The notes beneath the pieces were generated by a model that was given only the letters and a program-made list of their open reading frames with translations, made no database searches and had not been told where the DNA came from. From contig JBEUKZ010000010.1 in the NCBI GenBank assembly GCA_048128005.1, positions 930,001 through 994,000 of the forward strand: DNA of 64,000 bases, read 5' to 3'. Below, piece by piece: positions 13,048-26,344 of this stretch (the stretch's first letter is position 1; every line of letters starts with the position of its first letter). Position numbers and translations under genes: made by a program. The stretch is from Veleropilina oligotropha (lineage: Eukaryota).

Positions 13048-16000
13048 TTTAGAATAACGTTCAATGTATACATAATTTCTTTGGTAAACATTATATAACA
13101 ATCTACGAATCAAGTCAGTGATTTTCGGAACCCACAACCGTACCACTGTACTGTCGAAGCGGCCATGTGGAAATGAAATACATTAGAATAACGTTCGATG
13201 TATACATAATTTCTTCTGGTAAAGATTATATAACAATCTACTGAATCCAATTTCATGTGCAAATAGAAGACATTTAATTGCAACTTACTTCAACACAACC
13301 GAAACTCGCAAACTCCCCCAACAACAAAATTGCAGTATTTGTTTTTACAAACTATACAACACAGCTCATGAAACGACATTATACTTTCACAGGGTTCTAT
13401 ATAATTTCAAATCAAATGCGCATTTCTCAATGGTAAAATGTAATTATATTTCTCACGTGTTTGGGGCTTGTCTTAAAGGAATTCGGTGTATGTCAACAGG
13501 AGCTGTAATTTTCTTAATATACAAATGTGTGCCCTTTATGCCTTTACAAACAGTTCGTTCATGCACTACCCATCTATGTATGTAACAAGGATAATAACTG
13601 CGAGGTACAGAAAACTTCGTATTTTAATTTTGTACAATCATCTTACACTAGGTTTAACCCGTGCTCCGCACGGTGGAATATTTGCTTCATGGTGATCGTT
13701 CAACTTTAATATTTAGGTAATATTAGGTTGCGTTAGCTAACGTTCGCTACAATTGAACATCACCTTTGCACCTAGTGAACCCAGCATGGACACTCCCCTG
13801 GTTCTGGATGAAAAAGACAAAATATGTAAACTCTAAAGTCATTGATTTTTTTTCCTTTCGGCACACTCGTCACATTGACACCAAGATGGCAAATATCTGT
13901 CTCCCTGTGATGGAGAAATCCCGGCTTAAAGAAACACGAATTGCGTATTTATAAGATATGTCATATGATACACGAACGCATGGGCCACGGACATTCGGTC
14001 CTCTGGAGTTTGGACCAAAGATGTTCGGTCTACTGGAGTTTGAGTTTCGGACGTTTGGTCCACGGACGTTGGTTCAGTGGATTTTACCAAAGAACATTTG
14101 GTCCACTGGAGTTGGAACCACTGACGTTTGATTCACTGGAAATGATGATGTATTGCATTTTATTCGTAATACGAATACGATGTGTATGGTATACACAGTT
14201 ATATCAGTACCATTATTACATAATTGACAGTAGGTTACACATAATTTTGCAAAGTGTATGAGGGCTTGGCTCGGTACCTTCGACTAAATGTCCATCAGTC
14301 CAACTATACACGTGTATATATGATACTGATTAGTACAGGCAAAGGAACATAGTTTGCATACACACGTTTCGCATGGAGAGTAGCATTTGGTGGTTCTTTT
14401 ACAGACAAGATTGTGAAAACCGTTGGAATACCACAAACCTGTAGCTCTACGTGCATCTCCTCTGATATACCCGATGCTATTATTGTCAGGTGGAAATTAG
14501 GCCACGGATATTTGATACAGTTAAGTTTGGTTGGCAACATTGTTTTACGACCACATTTAACAATTGTTCAGCCCGGTTTAAGGTCTCACTTCGATCTGAC
14601 CGACATATAGAACATATATGCCTCGAACCCGGGACCGACTTACCATCTTCGGTTGCGAGTCGGGCGCGCTAACTACTCACCCTCCGATGGAGTTTGGGCC
14701 ACTGACGTTTGGTTCAATATATTTTGGCAACGGACATATGTTCTACTGCAGTGTGTGGCACTGACGTTTGGTTCACTGAAGTTTGGAGTTTGAGTTTTTA
14801 AATTTGTACTACGGAAGTTTGGTGTCTGACGAAACGACACGAAAGGAGATTTTAATTCAAGTTTACGTCGGAATGTTGACACATGACATTCGACATTCGT
14901 CACAAAATGAAAAGGCTTCAAACGATACCTGCTGTGCGAAGACAAAGGTTGAACAGTGTTACCGGGTGATTCTATGATTAAAGAGATGAACGACAAGAAA
15001 TAAAGATTAATCGCTATAGCTTATTTACTTTGATACGTAATGTAGATAGGAGGTTATCAAAGGTAATACTCACACAAAGATAATAAAATGTAACAGTTAT
15101 CAAATGTAGTTATTCAGCGTCATATACTAGTATATTGCAGTCTTACAGCAGTCGAGACACCCGGTTTAAAGTCTTTATCCGCTCATACGGATATATAGGA
15201 CACACTCCATCTATCATTTAATAGATAGAATTAGTCGCAGTCCGGGTTCGAAACTGGGTATCTCGATAGCCATAAAACTGGATATAACTTGACTGTGCCA
15301 CTTCTAGTCAGATGACAGTCAAATGTATAGCTGCTTACCATTTCAGACGTACACTAGCTGGATGTTGTTGACTGGATAGGATACGTTATATCGGGGGTCC
15401 CGGCTACTTTTTGATCGCAAACATTTGATAAAAAATCATGTCATAGATGATCAAGTTTCATTTCATTTCAGTGCTGATTAATCGATCTACCGCAGACTGT
15501 TGTACTTCCTAATCACAAGTTTGACACACCATTTCTTTTATAATTATTGAAGCTAATAAAGACAAACTGGTATTGATGGTTACCTGTGGTTACAATGATG
15601 ACCGTGTCGCATTCCATAGCAGATGACACCAATTACGCATCCGGTATGATCGCGCATATCATGCCAACATGTTGAATATTAATACGAAAGCAACAGGTGC
15701 CCTATCACCATTAACGAACAATAAATTATTGTAAAATGTGGCCGGATACAATGCATTTATATATTCTTTATAAACAGCTCAAACGGTAACAGAAAGAACG
15801 TCCAAAGCACATTGAAACTTATGTAAAGTCACAGGCATCAACAAGTGCGATGGTCTCATGAGAGTGATCACGGCGGCCCCGACAGTCGTGTGGTTTCTGT
15901 TGCGGACTCTGAAAACACTGGCGTGAATACGTTGTGTGCCTTCACGCGTATACAAACAGTTCATTCATACTCCATCCATCAATGTATATAACAAGGATAG

Positions 16001-16077
16001 TCACTGTGTTTTAACGTGTGAGGTAGAGAAAACTACGTATTTTAATTCTGTACAATTATCTAACAATACCTTTAACA

Positions 16078-16399
16078 CGTGCACCGGTTGGGACATTGGA
16101 CCCGTGCTCCGGCTGGGACATTGGACCCGTGCTCCGGCTGGGACATTGGACCCGTGCTCCGGCTGGGACATTGGACCCGTGCTCCGGCTGGGACATTGGA
16201 CCCGTGCTCCGGCTGGGACATTGGACCCGTGCTCCGGCTGGGACATTGGACCCGTGCTCCGGCTGGGACATTGGACCCGTGCTCCGGCTGGGACATTGGA
16301 CCCATGCTCCGGGTGGGACATTGGACCCGTGCTCCGGCTGGGACATTGGACCCGTGCTCCGGCTGGGACATTGGACCCGTGCTCCGGGTGGGACATTGG
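16078..16399 (+). repeat. Minisatellite, ~13 copies of 25 bp
   Basis: Unit CTCCGGCTGGGACATTGGACCCGTG. This explains the six overlapping repetitive ORFs. Confidence 0.95.
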
Positions 16400-16480
16400 C
16401 ATTATTAGTTCGGTTATCAATCACAGTTGTCCGTAACTGGTCAGAGAGGGTGGGTTCCCCGGGCGACTGGGATTTCAAAC

Positions 16481-16683
16481 CGCGATAATATCAACATGTC
16501 CTGGTGGTTCGCGATAATATCAACATGTCCTGGTGGTTCGCGATAATATCAACATGTCCTGGTGGTTCGCGATAATATCAACATGTCCTGGTGGTTCGCG
16601 ATAATATCAACATGTCCTGGTGGTTCGCGATAATATCAACATGTCCTGGTGGTTCGCGATAATATCAACATGTCCTGGTGGTT
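16481..16683 (+). repeat. Minisatellite, 7 copies of 29 bp
   Basis: Unit CGCGATAATATCAACATGTCCTGGTGGTT. Confidence 0.95.
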
Positions 16684-16957
16684 TGAGCATGATGGTTGTA
16701 AATATACAGGATATTAAGCATCGATCCAATCCAATACAATCATGATGGTGGTGTGGAAACGTTCCGTCTTTTTGGCACACTTGCAAATGACATAATTAAG
16801 AAGCACTATTTGGTGACAACGCACTAATTGCGGTTCAATACTGCCCGGGTGATATTCCCCCACTAACCAGTCACATGAATCGTGCAATCAATATAACCTC
16901 TGCGACACAGTAAATCCGTGGCCGTGTCCTTTCATTTATAATCTGGTACCATATATA

Positions 16958-17217
16958 AACAAGCGCATCCGAGAGGAAGGATAGTTGAGCCATGTAAAGT
17001 CATCGTGGACATTCACCGTCCACCACACAGACAGACAGACAGACACACAGACAGCCTCAATACAATAGTTTCTCCGTTTACACGGCTCAACTAACAAGCG
17101 CATCCGAGAGGAAGCATAGCTGAGCCATGTAAAGTCATCGTGGACATACACCGTCCACCAGACAGACACACAGACAGCCTCAATACAATAGTTTCTCCGT
17201 TTACGCGGCTCAACTAA
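16958..17217 (+). mobile_element. Head-to-tail dimer of internally deleted copies of the same HINE-like family
   Basis: Copies at 16958-17092 and 17093-17217 each run AACAAGCGCATCCGAGAGGAAG...(CAGA)n...CGGCTCAACTA. Confidence 0.8.
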
Positions 17218-18346
17218 TAAAACTTAAAAATCAACAAAAAAGTTTTGCTTCATATCGTTTACTTTTCTCATTATTATTGTCTGTCTGCAATCAGATTCGA
17301 CAGTTCAACAAGTTCGAGCCTCGGCATGGCGCTATATATGATACTTGCAGTGATGCATCGGTTCGAATCTCGTTATTGGTATTTTCAGTAATAATGATAT
17401 GATCCCATTGCGATTTGTTCGGTATATTCGTTATTTACAACCAATGCTTTATTTGCTAAGGTTAATTCAGGGTAATTATAAAAAAAGATATTCGACATTT
17501 TCTTTAATTAGGAATCATCATTGAATGCCATTCAAAACGTGCAGAAAAACTACTCCTTATCTAACACTTTATCAGCCACACTTCGACAGGTGTTGCTTTC
17601 TAGCCACCTTGATAGTCTTAAAGTCACACTTAATAAACTGACAAAGCCACCCCGTTGATAACGATTGCTTAATTAAGCAGGCGGTGGTGATTGTGAAACG
17701 CAACATGTACGATAATGGTCATATCCTGTTCGGACAGTGATGAACTCCCCTTGGTGTCCAGTTGTTTATGAGTCCACTCGCTAACGCAACACATGGCTGG
17801 AGCATGACCACCAATGTCCACTCAAGTGCCGAAATACGTAAAATCAATGGGCGAAGTTGACACGGACACCAGATCCCGTGGTCAGTTGATACTTCCATGC
17901 CGCGACCATTGTCCGATCCGGACATGCTATGGCAGATCGCCAATTAGTCCAATTTCGGCAAAGTCCGACACCTGAAACCGTGACGTGTGTCAATCGTCCA
18001 CTGGTGGCGGTGGACATTGAGTAATGCTATAACAGCAGTTATGTGGTTATTGGCCGAGCGAAGTACGCGAGGTCCCTAATCCACACACCATCGATGTTTA
18101 CATGTTTGTGTATGTACTGACTGGATCTTTACAGTTTGAAATTTGAATACCGTCGAGCTTGGACGGTACCATTAGACAACGCGACAAAACATCACGTTCG
18201 GTTCGGCCTACCAGTTGATCATTAAACATTATATCGGTATACAATATTCCGACATACTAGTATATTGTTTGGATAATTTCATAGATTTACATATCAGTTT
18301 CCGTACCTTTCACAATGTAAGTAATATATTACATGGACACTCTTAA

Positions 18347-19150
18347 TGGGCCACACGCGTTCAGAAACGTCCCTCAAGTTCAAACTTTCCTTCCACTTTC
18401 CGTAGTAGCACTTTTAAGAAACGTTCAACTTTACCAAATTACATTTCCAGAACGAAACTTTGCCCTCCCTTCAGAAAGTGCCCCTTGCCAAGCGAAGTGA
18501 CAAGCAGAGTGTCACTTTGTGGTCGTAGGCACTAAGATCACGAAAGGCCCGACCTAGTTACAAATTATAACAATAGATATCCCCATAACGAGGACGCAAA
18601 CTACGCTGCGCTGATTGGCTTTTCGAATGCATGTTGACATAGACCGTTTGCGCATGCATATCTTCAATAACTGTTCATAATATGAAAGAAAAAACAAAAA
18701 AGTATTGTTTCTACTATTGATAAGAAAAGTATTACCGTATTACTCGTATTTTTAAATGACAAATATGCAATCCTTTGAAAAACGATATCTTTGTAAAAAT
18801 TCAGCAGCTACTATATTTCTAGTAGGATGTATTGATTCAACGATACGGATTGTGTGTAGTCGTTTCCAGTTATACAATTTCTTTCAAAACTGACACTTTT
18901 ATCAGGAAAGTGTGGTTATGATCATACTTTCAGAAAGTAACACTTTCCCCAGTTTTTAAAGGTTCACTTTGCTGTAAGTGACGTTTATGAAATGCATTGT
19001 AAGTATCACTTGGGATTAACCACTTTAGAAAGATGATACTTCAACTATCCGAAATGTTAAACTTACATGGATGTTCTTGAATAGCTTAAGTGACCCTTTC
19101 ACGCTGAAAGTCCCACTTTGATGGAAAGTGGCGTTTCTGAATACGGCCCA
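18347..19150. mobile_element. PIF/Harbinger-type MITE
   Basis: TAA|TGGGCC..TTCAGAAACG ... CGTTTCTGAATACGGCCCA|TAA. Confidence 0.6.
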
Positions 19151-19499
19151 TAATATTGAAATTATTAATTTGTTATACCGATATATATAGGCCTAGTTTA
19201 TGTTGCCTGTAAAACAGAAACTGGCGAATAATTTGAATTTAGCCAATCATCATTCAGCGCGTATTGAATAAATTGTTGCTATAAACTCTATACTCTGTTG
19301 CATCTGTAGTTATATCACACCTGGAAATTTAGTACGATAATTGGAGGGTATATGGTCTAGTATATCGATATACCGTATCATCTTGTCAGTTTTCCTAGAT
19401 AATCCGCATATCAATTAGCAATAATGATAACCATTTCATTTAAAATTGAGCTCAGAATTAATTACCATCAGCTGCAGTTAAATGGATCTGGTCGATGCT

Positions 19500-19715
19500 C
19501 ATAATACCACCTTAAACTTGAGGCTAACCCTTGGACTTGTTCATATTCTCGCGCAGGGATAGCCCGTTCACCCGGGGGAACCTGCTCTATCCGGCCAGTT
19601 ACGGATAACTACGATTGGTAGCTGAACAAAGAATGTTCGAACCCACTCTTGTTAGTTAACGCTAACGAGCCAGTGATTTCAGAGTCGACACCCGTGACCA
19701 CACGACTACCGATGC
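19500..19715 (-). mobile_element. SINE, same family, diverged
   Basis: Reverse complement contains GTAGTCGTGTGGTC..GACTCTGAAATCACTGG and CGTAACTGGCCGGATAGAGCAGGTTCCCCCGGG. Confidence 0.55.
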
Positions 19716-21840
19716 GTTTACAACATGCATAACAAGAAATTCCATCATTGGAAACAATTTTATACATAATCGATACTAAATGTCTATTTTAAAATAGATA
19801 GTCAACAACCTTCACGTCCATTTCAATAATATTTCTCTGTCTGAATATGCTCAGAATGTAAATCACGGCCATGATCGTTGGCTGCTTTCTTTGAAATCAA
19901 TTAGCTGTTATTATCTGATTCCTTTGATCTTGTCCGGGCGACTTCGATTACTTGTCATCTATAGATTAACTCTGGTGAATAACTGGATATTTTCATGGAA
20001 ACAGATAATAAGCAGATGGATTGTCGTAACCAAGATGGATCACATCACGTTATCTTGTATTCATCTTCTGCTAGGACATGGGTGTTCTAGCACCTTGCTC
20101 TTGATGTTAGGAAGATGAAATTTGTCTAACTCAAGCATAGCACATGAGATACGCATTAATAATAAAGAGACGTTTAATCGGTGCCCGTACAGACACTACA
20201 ATAAGACACATTTTGTAATATTAAATAATTTAAAATACTAGTAAAATACTTTGTATTAAGATAAATGTGAGCGATAACGAGATTGCCTTCATATAAACAA
20301 CGTTTCCAAATGTAATTCATATTATTAATACTGCAGCATGATCAATATTTTACCGATTAATAATATAAGCTGTTGCAAAGTTCCACGGAAAAAACGTTAT
20401 GAATCAGTTAAATAATAGCATGGTCTTTATCACGCGAACACTACGTCGTCACCATGGTAACAAAACCAATTAGATATACAGTTCATCACATTACGTGTAT
20501 TGGATCACCATTCATATATTTACGCGCATTTCATATTCGAGTGTGTTATTTCCTACATTCGCACTTTAATATGCAGGTAGGCTACAAATGGTTTCATTTT
20601 TCAACGTCCAGATTTAGAATTACGAAACATTATTTGATCACGAGCGGCATCATATTTATAAGTTGTGTCTTCATTTGAACCTTTTCCAACGATTTATTCA
20701 ATCACAATATGCTCTGAAGAAATAAATATTGCGAAACAAAGAGTGAATTTAACGTGAAAATTCAAGATACGAAAATATACATCTAGTCGTCAATACAGTA
20801 AAACTGTTTTGTGTCATAAATGATAAAACGTAATGCACAACATCTAATGCCTTTTAGTAAATAATTTAGCATTACTATTATGCTCTCTGACAATAACCGG
20901 ATTGAGGATAATGACCGAAACCTCTTGTAAAGGACTTTCAGAAACCTAAGCACCGAGCGGTTTGATTTATCTATCACCATCGTATGCTCTGGGATTGATC
21001 AAAGCTGAACGTGCATTAGCAGACGACTTTTAATCACAATCCAATAGTGTTTGTACAGACGCGATGCATCTGCGTAAGGTTTTCTTCGATAATGGTGATA
21101 TAGGATATGGACTGACGCATTAAGGTTTTATTCCGATGTTTGCCGACTAATCTGCAGGTGGACGGGTGTAATGATAAGCGTGTAGGATGTCTTTGGGTCG
21201 CTAACATGATGCTGTTTTGCGAAATTCGAGATGGCGTCAAATTAGGTTCGAAATGATGTACTCAAATCAACGTAATCTGAGATAATGGTGTTACGTATTA
21301 AGGTTACTTGGTCAGAGAGAAAACATGGGTGTACCATCTGTTTAGATTTCATTTGCTCCGCATTATATATCATACTTCGAAAATTAGTAACACAGCGGTC
21401 GGAGTAACTGAATACGTAAAAGACCTAGTAAAAAATCAACGAGCAACAACAATTCTGCAATTTCCTGTCAACACGATAGAAAGTGAACCGTTATCGAAAG
21501 AATATTAGGGGTATTAGGAAGTTGAACTCCAACCTGTAAAGTTGGGGAGGTGGAGTTGACAAAGCGTTTGAAATTAACGTTTAAAAACAATTTGTACACT
21601 TACACGCTATAGTTGGTCTCGTTGCACACTATAGTTGGTCGCACGATCGAAAAAACAACAAACAACGGTATACTGATTAATGTAATTCTTCGTAATGAAT
21701 AGTACAACAGATCGTCCTCAATCTTGCAATTTCTTTTCTCTTTTTAGATAATACGTACAGTATGTATACTGCATATTGATTTGTAGAGAGTTATTTAATA
21801 GTATCATTGTACGGATGTCCTACCCTTTATATGTCATTAA

Positions 21841-22071
21841 GGGCCGCTTCGAGAGTCGTGTGATTCGGTTGCAGACTCTGAAAACCACTGGATTGGTTCC
21901 AATCACACGACATTTGTTGAGTTATGAATCACAGTTGTTCGTAACTGGTCGAAGAGTGCGGGTTTCCCGGTCGACCAGGCTTTCCTCACCGATAATATGG
22001 ACATGTTCTGTTTTGAACCTGATGGTTGTAAATATACAGGATATTAAGCATCGGTCCAATCCAATCCAATA
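21841..22071 (+). mobile_element. SINE, same family
   Basis: Head, central GGGTTTCCCGGTCGACCAGGCTTTCCTC core and (CCAAT)n tail. Confidence 0.7.
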
Positions 22072-22639
22072 CCCGCTAGAGTCTTACTCTGCTTTGCCAT
22101 GCCAAGGCATGTTCATATTATCGCTGATTTTCCAGTAAAGAAAACGGATCTCGGCAATTATGTACCACTTAAGACTGTTTCATCCACAAAATGTTTGAAC
22201 GTTCGAACCAACACAACACAGTTGATTAGAGCAATGCTTTAGCACAATCGGCCACCGGGGACCCAGGGCTTTGTTATTATCATGTGCGTGCAGAATACGT
22301 TATACACGCTTCACATAAACGATACTTAATGAGTACACTAAATAATTTATTTCGCTGAACTCTATCTGATAATATTTTAATGAAGAGATATAATAAAACG
22401 ATAATGGCATTACTGATGCCAAATTATAAAATAGGAATATGTATGATGCCGACTGAAAGGCGGTCTTAGGTGAACGAATTAGCGAGTCACGAGTCATCAG
22501 AAGTTGTAAAAATATCCAATTAATGGCCTAGCCTATGTTACATTCTACGATATAGGATCTTATAAATGCCCTGCAAGTATTATATCGTTTACTTAGCGAA
22601 GTCGAAATGTTTATTCTGAACATTACGTACAAAACGTAA

Positions 22640-24432
22640 ACAACAAGAAGAAAAAACCATCAATATCCCCCGCAATGGTACATTCACAATAATTACCATA
22701 TATGCTCCATGTTCTTGAAACTATATCGTTGATTTAAATAATAAGAAGGGCAATAACTCTGTCATTAATCATGACGCCACGTTAAAATTATGAAAAGGCA
22801 CCAGTTAACCAACTACTAAATACACCCACCAAGTTTCGTAATGATAAGTCAAGCACTGTATGAGATATAGTCGGGAATAACAAAATTAAAGCAAGGGCAA
22901 TAACTCTGTTCAACAACTGCTTAACACACCCACCAAATTGCGAAAAGCTACCCCTAGCGGTTTATGAGATACGCTTCGGAAAGGAGAACATTAACAAATT
23001 AACAACAAGGGCAATAACTCTGTTTATGATCACCACACAACGTCGAAACTAGCAAAAGGCACCAGTTCACCGACTACTTAATATATCAGCAAGTTTCGTA
23101 ATGATAAGTCAAGCAATGTATGAGATATAGTCGGGAATAACAAAATTAAAGCAAGGGCAATAACTCTGTAAATAGTTAACGTACAATGTTGAAATTAACG
23201 AAAGGCACAAGTTCAACAACTGCTTAACACACCCACCAAATTGCGTAAAGCTATGCCTAGCGGTTTATGAGATACGCTTCGGAGAGGAGAACATTAACAA
23301 ATTAACAACAAGGGCAATAACTCTGTTTATGATCACCACACAACGTCGAAACTAGCAAAAGGCACCAGTTCACCGACTACTTAATATATCAGCAAGTTTC
23401 GTAATGATAAGTCAAGCAATGTATGAGATATAGTCGGGAATAACAAAATTAAAGCAAGGGCAATAACTCTGTAAATATTTAACGTACAATGTCGAAATTA
23501 ACGAAAGGCGCAAGTTCAACAACTGCTTAACACACCCACCAAATTGCGTAAAGCTATGCCTAGCGGTTTATGAGATACGCTTCGGAAAGGAGAACATTAA
23601 CAAATTAACAACATGGGCAATAACTCTGTTTATGATCACCACACAACGTCGAAACTAGCAAAAGGCACCAGTTCACCGACTACTTAATATATCAGCAAGT
23701 TTCGTAAAGTTATGTCGAGCTGTGTATGAGCTATGCTCCGGAAAAGAGAAATTTAACGAATTTAGAAGAAGGGAATAACTCTTTTAATGATCGCCGCACA
23801 ACGTCGAAACTAGCAAAAGGCAGCAGTTCACCGACTACTGAATACATCCAGCAAGTTTTGTAAAGTTATGTCAAGCGGTGTATGAGCTAGGCTCCAGAAA
23901 AGATAACATTAAGGAATTTAGAACAAGGGAAATAGCTCTGTTAATAATAGCGACACGACGTCGAAACTAGCAGAAGGCACCAGTTCACCGACTATTTAAT
24001 ATATCCAGCAAGTTTCGTAAAGTTATGTCGAGCGGTGTATGAGCTATGCTCCGCAAAAGATAACATTAACAAATTTAGAACAAGGGAAATAACTCTGTTA
24101 ATAATGGCGACACGATGTCGAAACTAGCAAAAGGCAGCAGTTCACCGACTACTTAATATATCCAGCAAGTTTCGTAAAGTTATGTCGAGCGGTGTACGAG
24201 CTATGCTCCGGAAAAGAGGAATTTAACGAATTTAGAAGAAGGGAAATAACTATTTTAATGATCGCCGCACAACGTCGAAACTAGCAAAAGGCACCAGTTC
24301 ACCGACTACTGAATACATCCAGCAATTTTTGTAAAGTTTTGTCGAGCGGTGTATGAGCTAGGCTCCGGAAAAGATAACATTAACGAATTTAGAACAAGGG
24401 AAATAAATCTGTTAATAACAGCGACACGACGT
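22640..24432 (+). mobile_element. HINE-like element with ~150-bp internal tandem repeats (family A, copy 2, right end missing)
   Basis: Same head as 206-245 and about 11-12 units, including a repeated ~303-bp dimer (22838, 23098, 23401). Confidence 0.75.
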
Positions 24433-25452
24433 ATAACTGATAATATAACTGACACCATAATTATTTCAACACAAGATCATTAAATACATTCGTGTTTTAA
24501 AAACTGCACGAACATTCTCACAACGCACCTGCATGATATGTGTTATCTACATATCACAATATGATATTGCACAATGGAACGATTCATACACGAGACACAT
24601 TTCGTGTAGTAGTAATGTGAACTACAGAATATTAGCTAACTAAACAAAGCAATACAATAGGCCTACATCGTATGCTACTTGCCGTTGCGTGTTACGGTTC
24701 ACAATCCACAACTGTGCGATCTATACATTATGCTTATTATTCAGACGCTATTATATATACATGGACATCCAAAGAAATGTCTGTTGATTTAACCAATTAA
24801 TTTGCATGTACGCATACATCAAAGGTAACGATTAACATCAACTCACCTGTACGATCCTCACCTTTGATCGTCTCTCAGGAATCCGTATCATCGCTTATGT
24901 TAAATTATTCCGAAAGGCTTCACCGAATACGAAAAGCAGCACAAACCAACGTGCAACGGAAAATCGATGGAAATGCAACGAAGATCGTAGAGATAATGTG
25001 GCCACTCGATCGCAATCCGGTGTAGCGGGAAGGGCACAGACATGAATTAGTAATGGCGGTGCAGTGCTATGGTAATCATTTATTACGCAAAATCTGTGAG
25101 ATATAGACTAAAATGCTGTTCGGATATCAGCATAATATAATGTAGAATGTATGTAAAATAGAGCGAAGTGTCGATAATACACACTATGCTTTGAAGTGTT
25201 TTTCTGATAGATTGGAGATTACGTTATTCAATATTGTATACTTGAACATTAGAATCAACGAAGATAATAAGTGTCAAGATAACACCGAATGTTCCTACCA
25301 TATTAACTATTTTCAGTAACTAAATCGCTTATGTAACATTGGCATAGAGTATCGATCCAGCAAGACTTTTACAATATAACAATTAAAAGACCACAAAGGT
25401 ATATCATTTACTGATATATAGATAAATTAACAGAATCAAAACGTTGATAAAA

Positions 25453-25595
25453 CAGTTGTTCGTAACTGGTCGGAGAGAGCGGGTTTCCCCGGGCGACCGG
25501 GCTTTCCTCCCGCGAAAATATGGACATGTCCTGCTTAGAATTTAATTGTTAGAAATATACAGGACATTAAGCATCGATCCTTTCCTTTCCTTTCC
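25453..25595 (+). mobile_element. SINE, same family, 5'-truncated
   Basis: CAGTTGTTCGTAACTGGTCGG..GGGTTTCCCCGGGCGACCGGGCTTTCCTCC..TTAAGCATCGATCC with a (TTTCC)n tail. Confidence 0.65.
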
Positions 25596-26344
25596 AAACG
25601 GTACAAGTAAAACCCATAGAAGTTCATGCCTTTTGAAAGGTTAAAATCAACAGCAAGATAGCACAATGTCTGTTTCAGATTGTTATTCTTACGTATAAAC
25701 TTGTGCATTTCATGGAAATGGTTTTATTACAGCAAAATTATAACATGCTTTTTGCATTGCTAAGAAGGAGCGACCGTGATATACACGCATCTAGCTCTCA
25801 AGCATGTTACTATGCATCGAAACACGGTGAAAAGGCATTGTACAAGAATAATACTGTAAAAACACGTCGTTTTACTGCCGATTAGCTCAGTTATTTCCGA
25901 GAAGGCGATTACGAGATTGATTTTCCATGGTAGCTTTGATGCTGTAATTATCAAAACACCTTGTACGAAGTTTTCATTGTTGTGATGCCATGGTAACCAA
26001 AATGGTCACGTTCATTTCAATAAATTGATGTTGGACACAATCAAGCTTTAAAAGATCTTCGCATTCAGGGCTGCATCATGTATTATCGCTAAAGGCATAA
26101 ACACCATTTCTACTGAAAAATAGAACTATACAAGCACTATGATTAATTTCCTATTGGATATACTGATAATGCTTTCAGACTGTTACTGTAAGGCTGTGCT
26201 GCCCTCTTAAATAAATAACCGATTAAATTTGGAACGCAACAGTGTAGATAAAATGAGATTTACCATATGTAATATAAAGTTGAAGTTTGATTTGGATGAA
26301 TGCTTAATACCCCATGTTAACACTCTTCAGGATCGTACCAGGAT

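Larger units (their letters stand above)
15872..16741 (+). mobile_element. tRNA-type SINE copy expanded by two internal minisatellites
   Basis: Head GACAGTCGTGTGG..GACTCTGAAAA, core CACAGTTGTCCGTAACTGGTC..GGGTTCCCCGGGCGAC and (CCAAT)n tail are shared with 21841-22071. Confidence 0.65.

Noticed and set aside
16078..16683. Repetitive ORFs in all six frames / CRISPR-sized repeats
   Set aside because: These are pure 25-bp and 29-bp tandem repeats without spacers. The ORFs are artefacts of stop-poor units.
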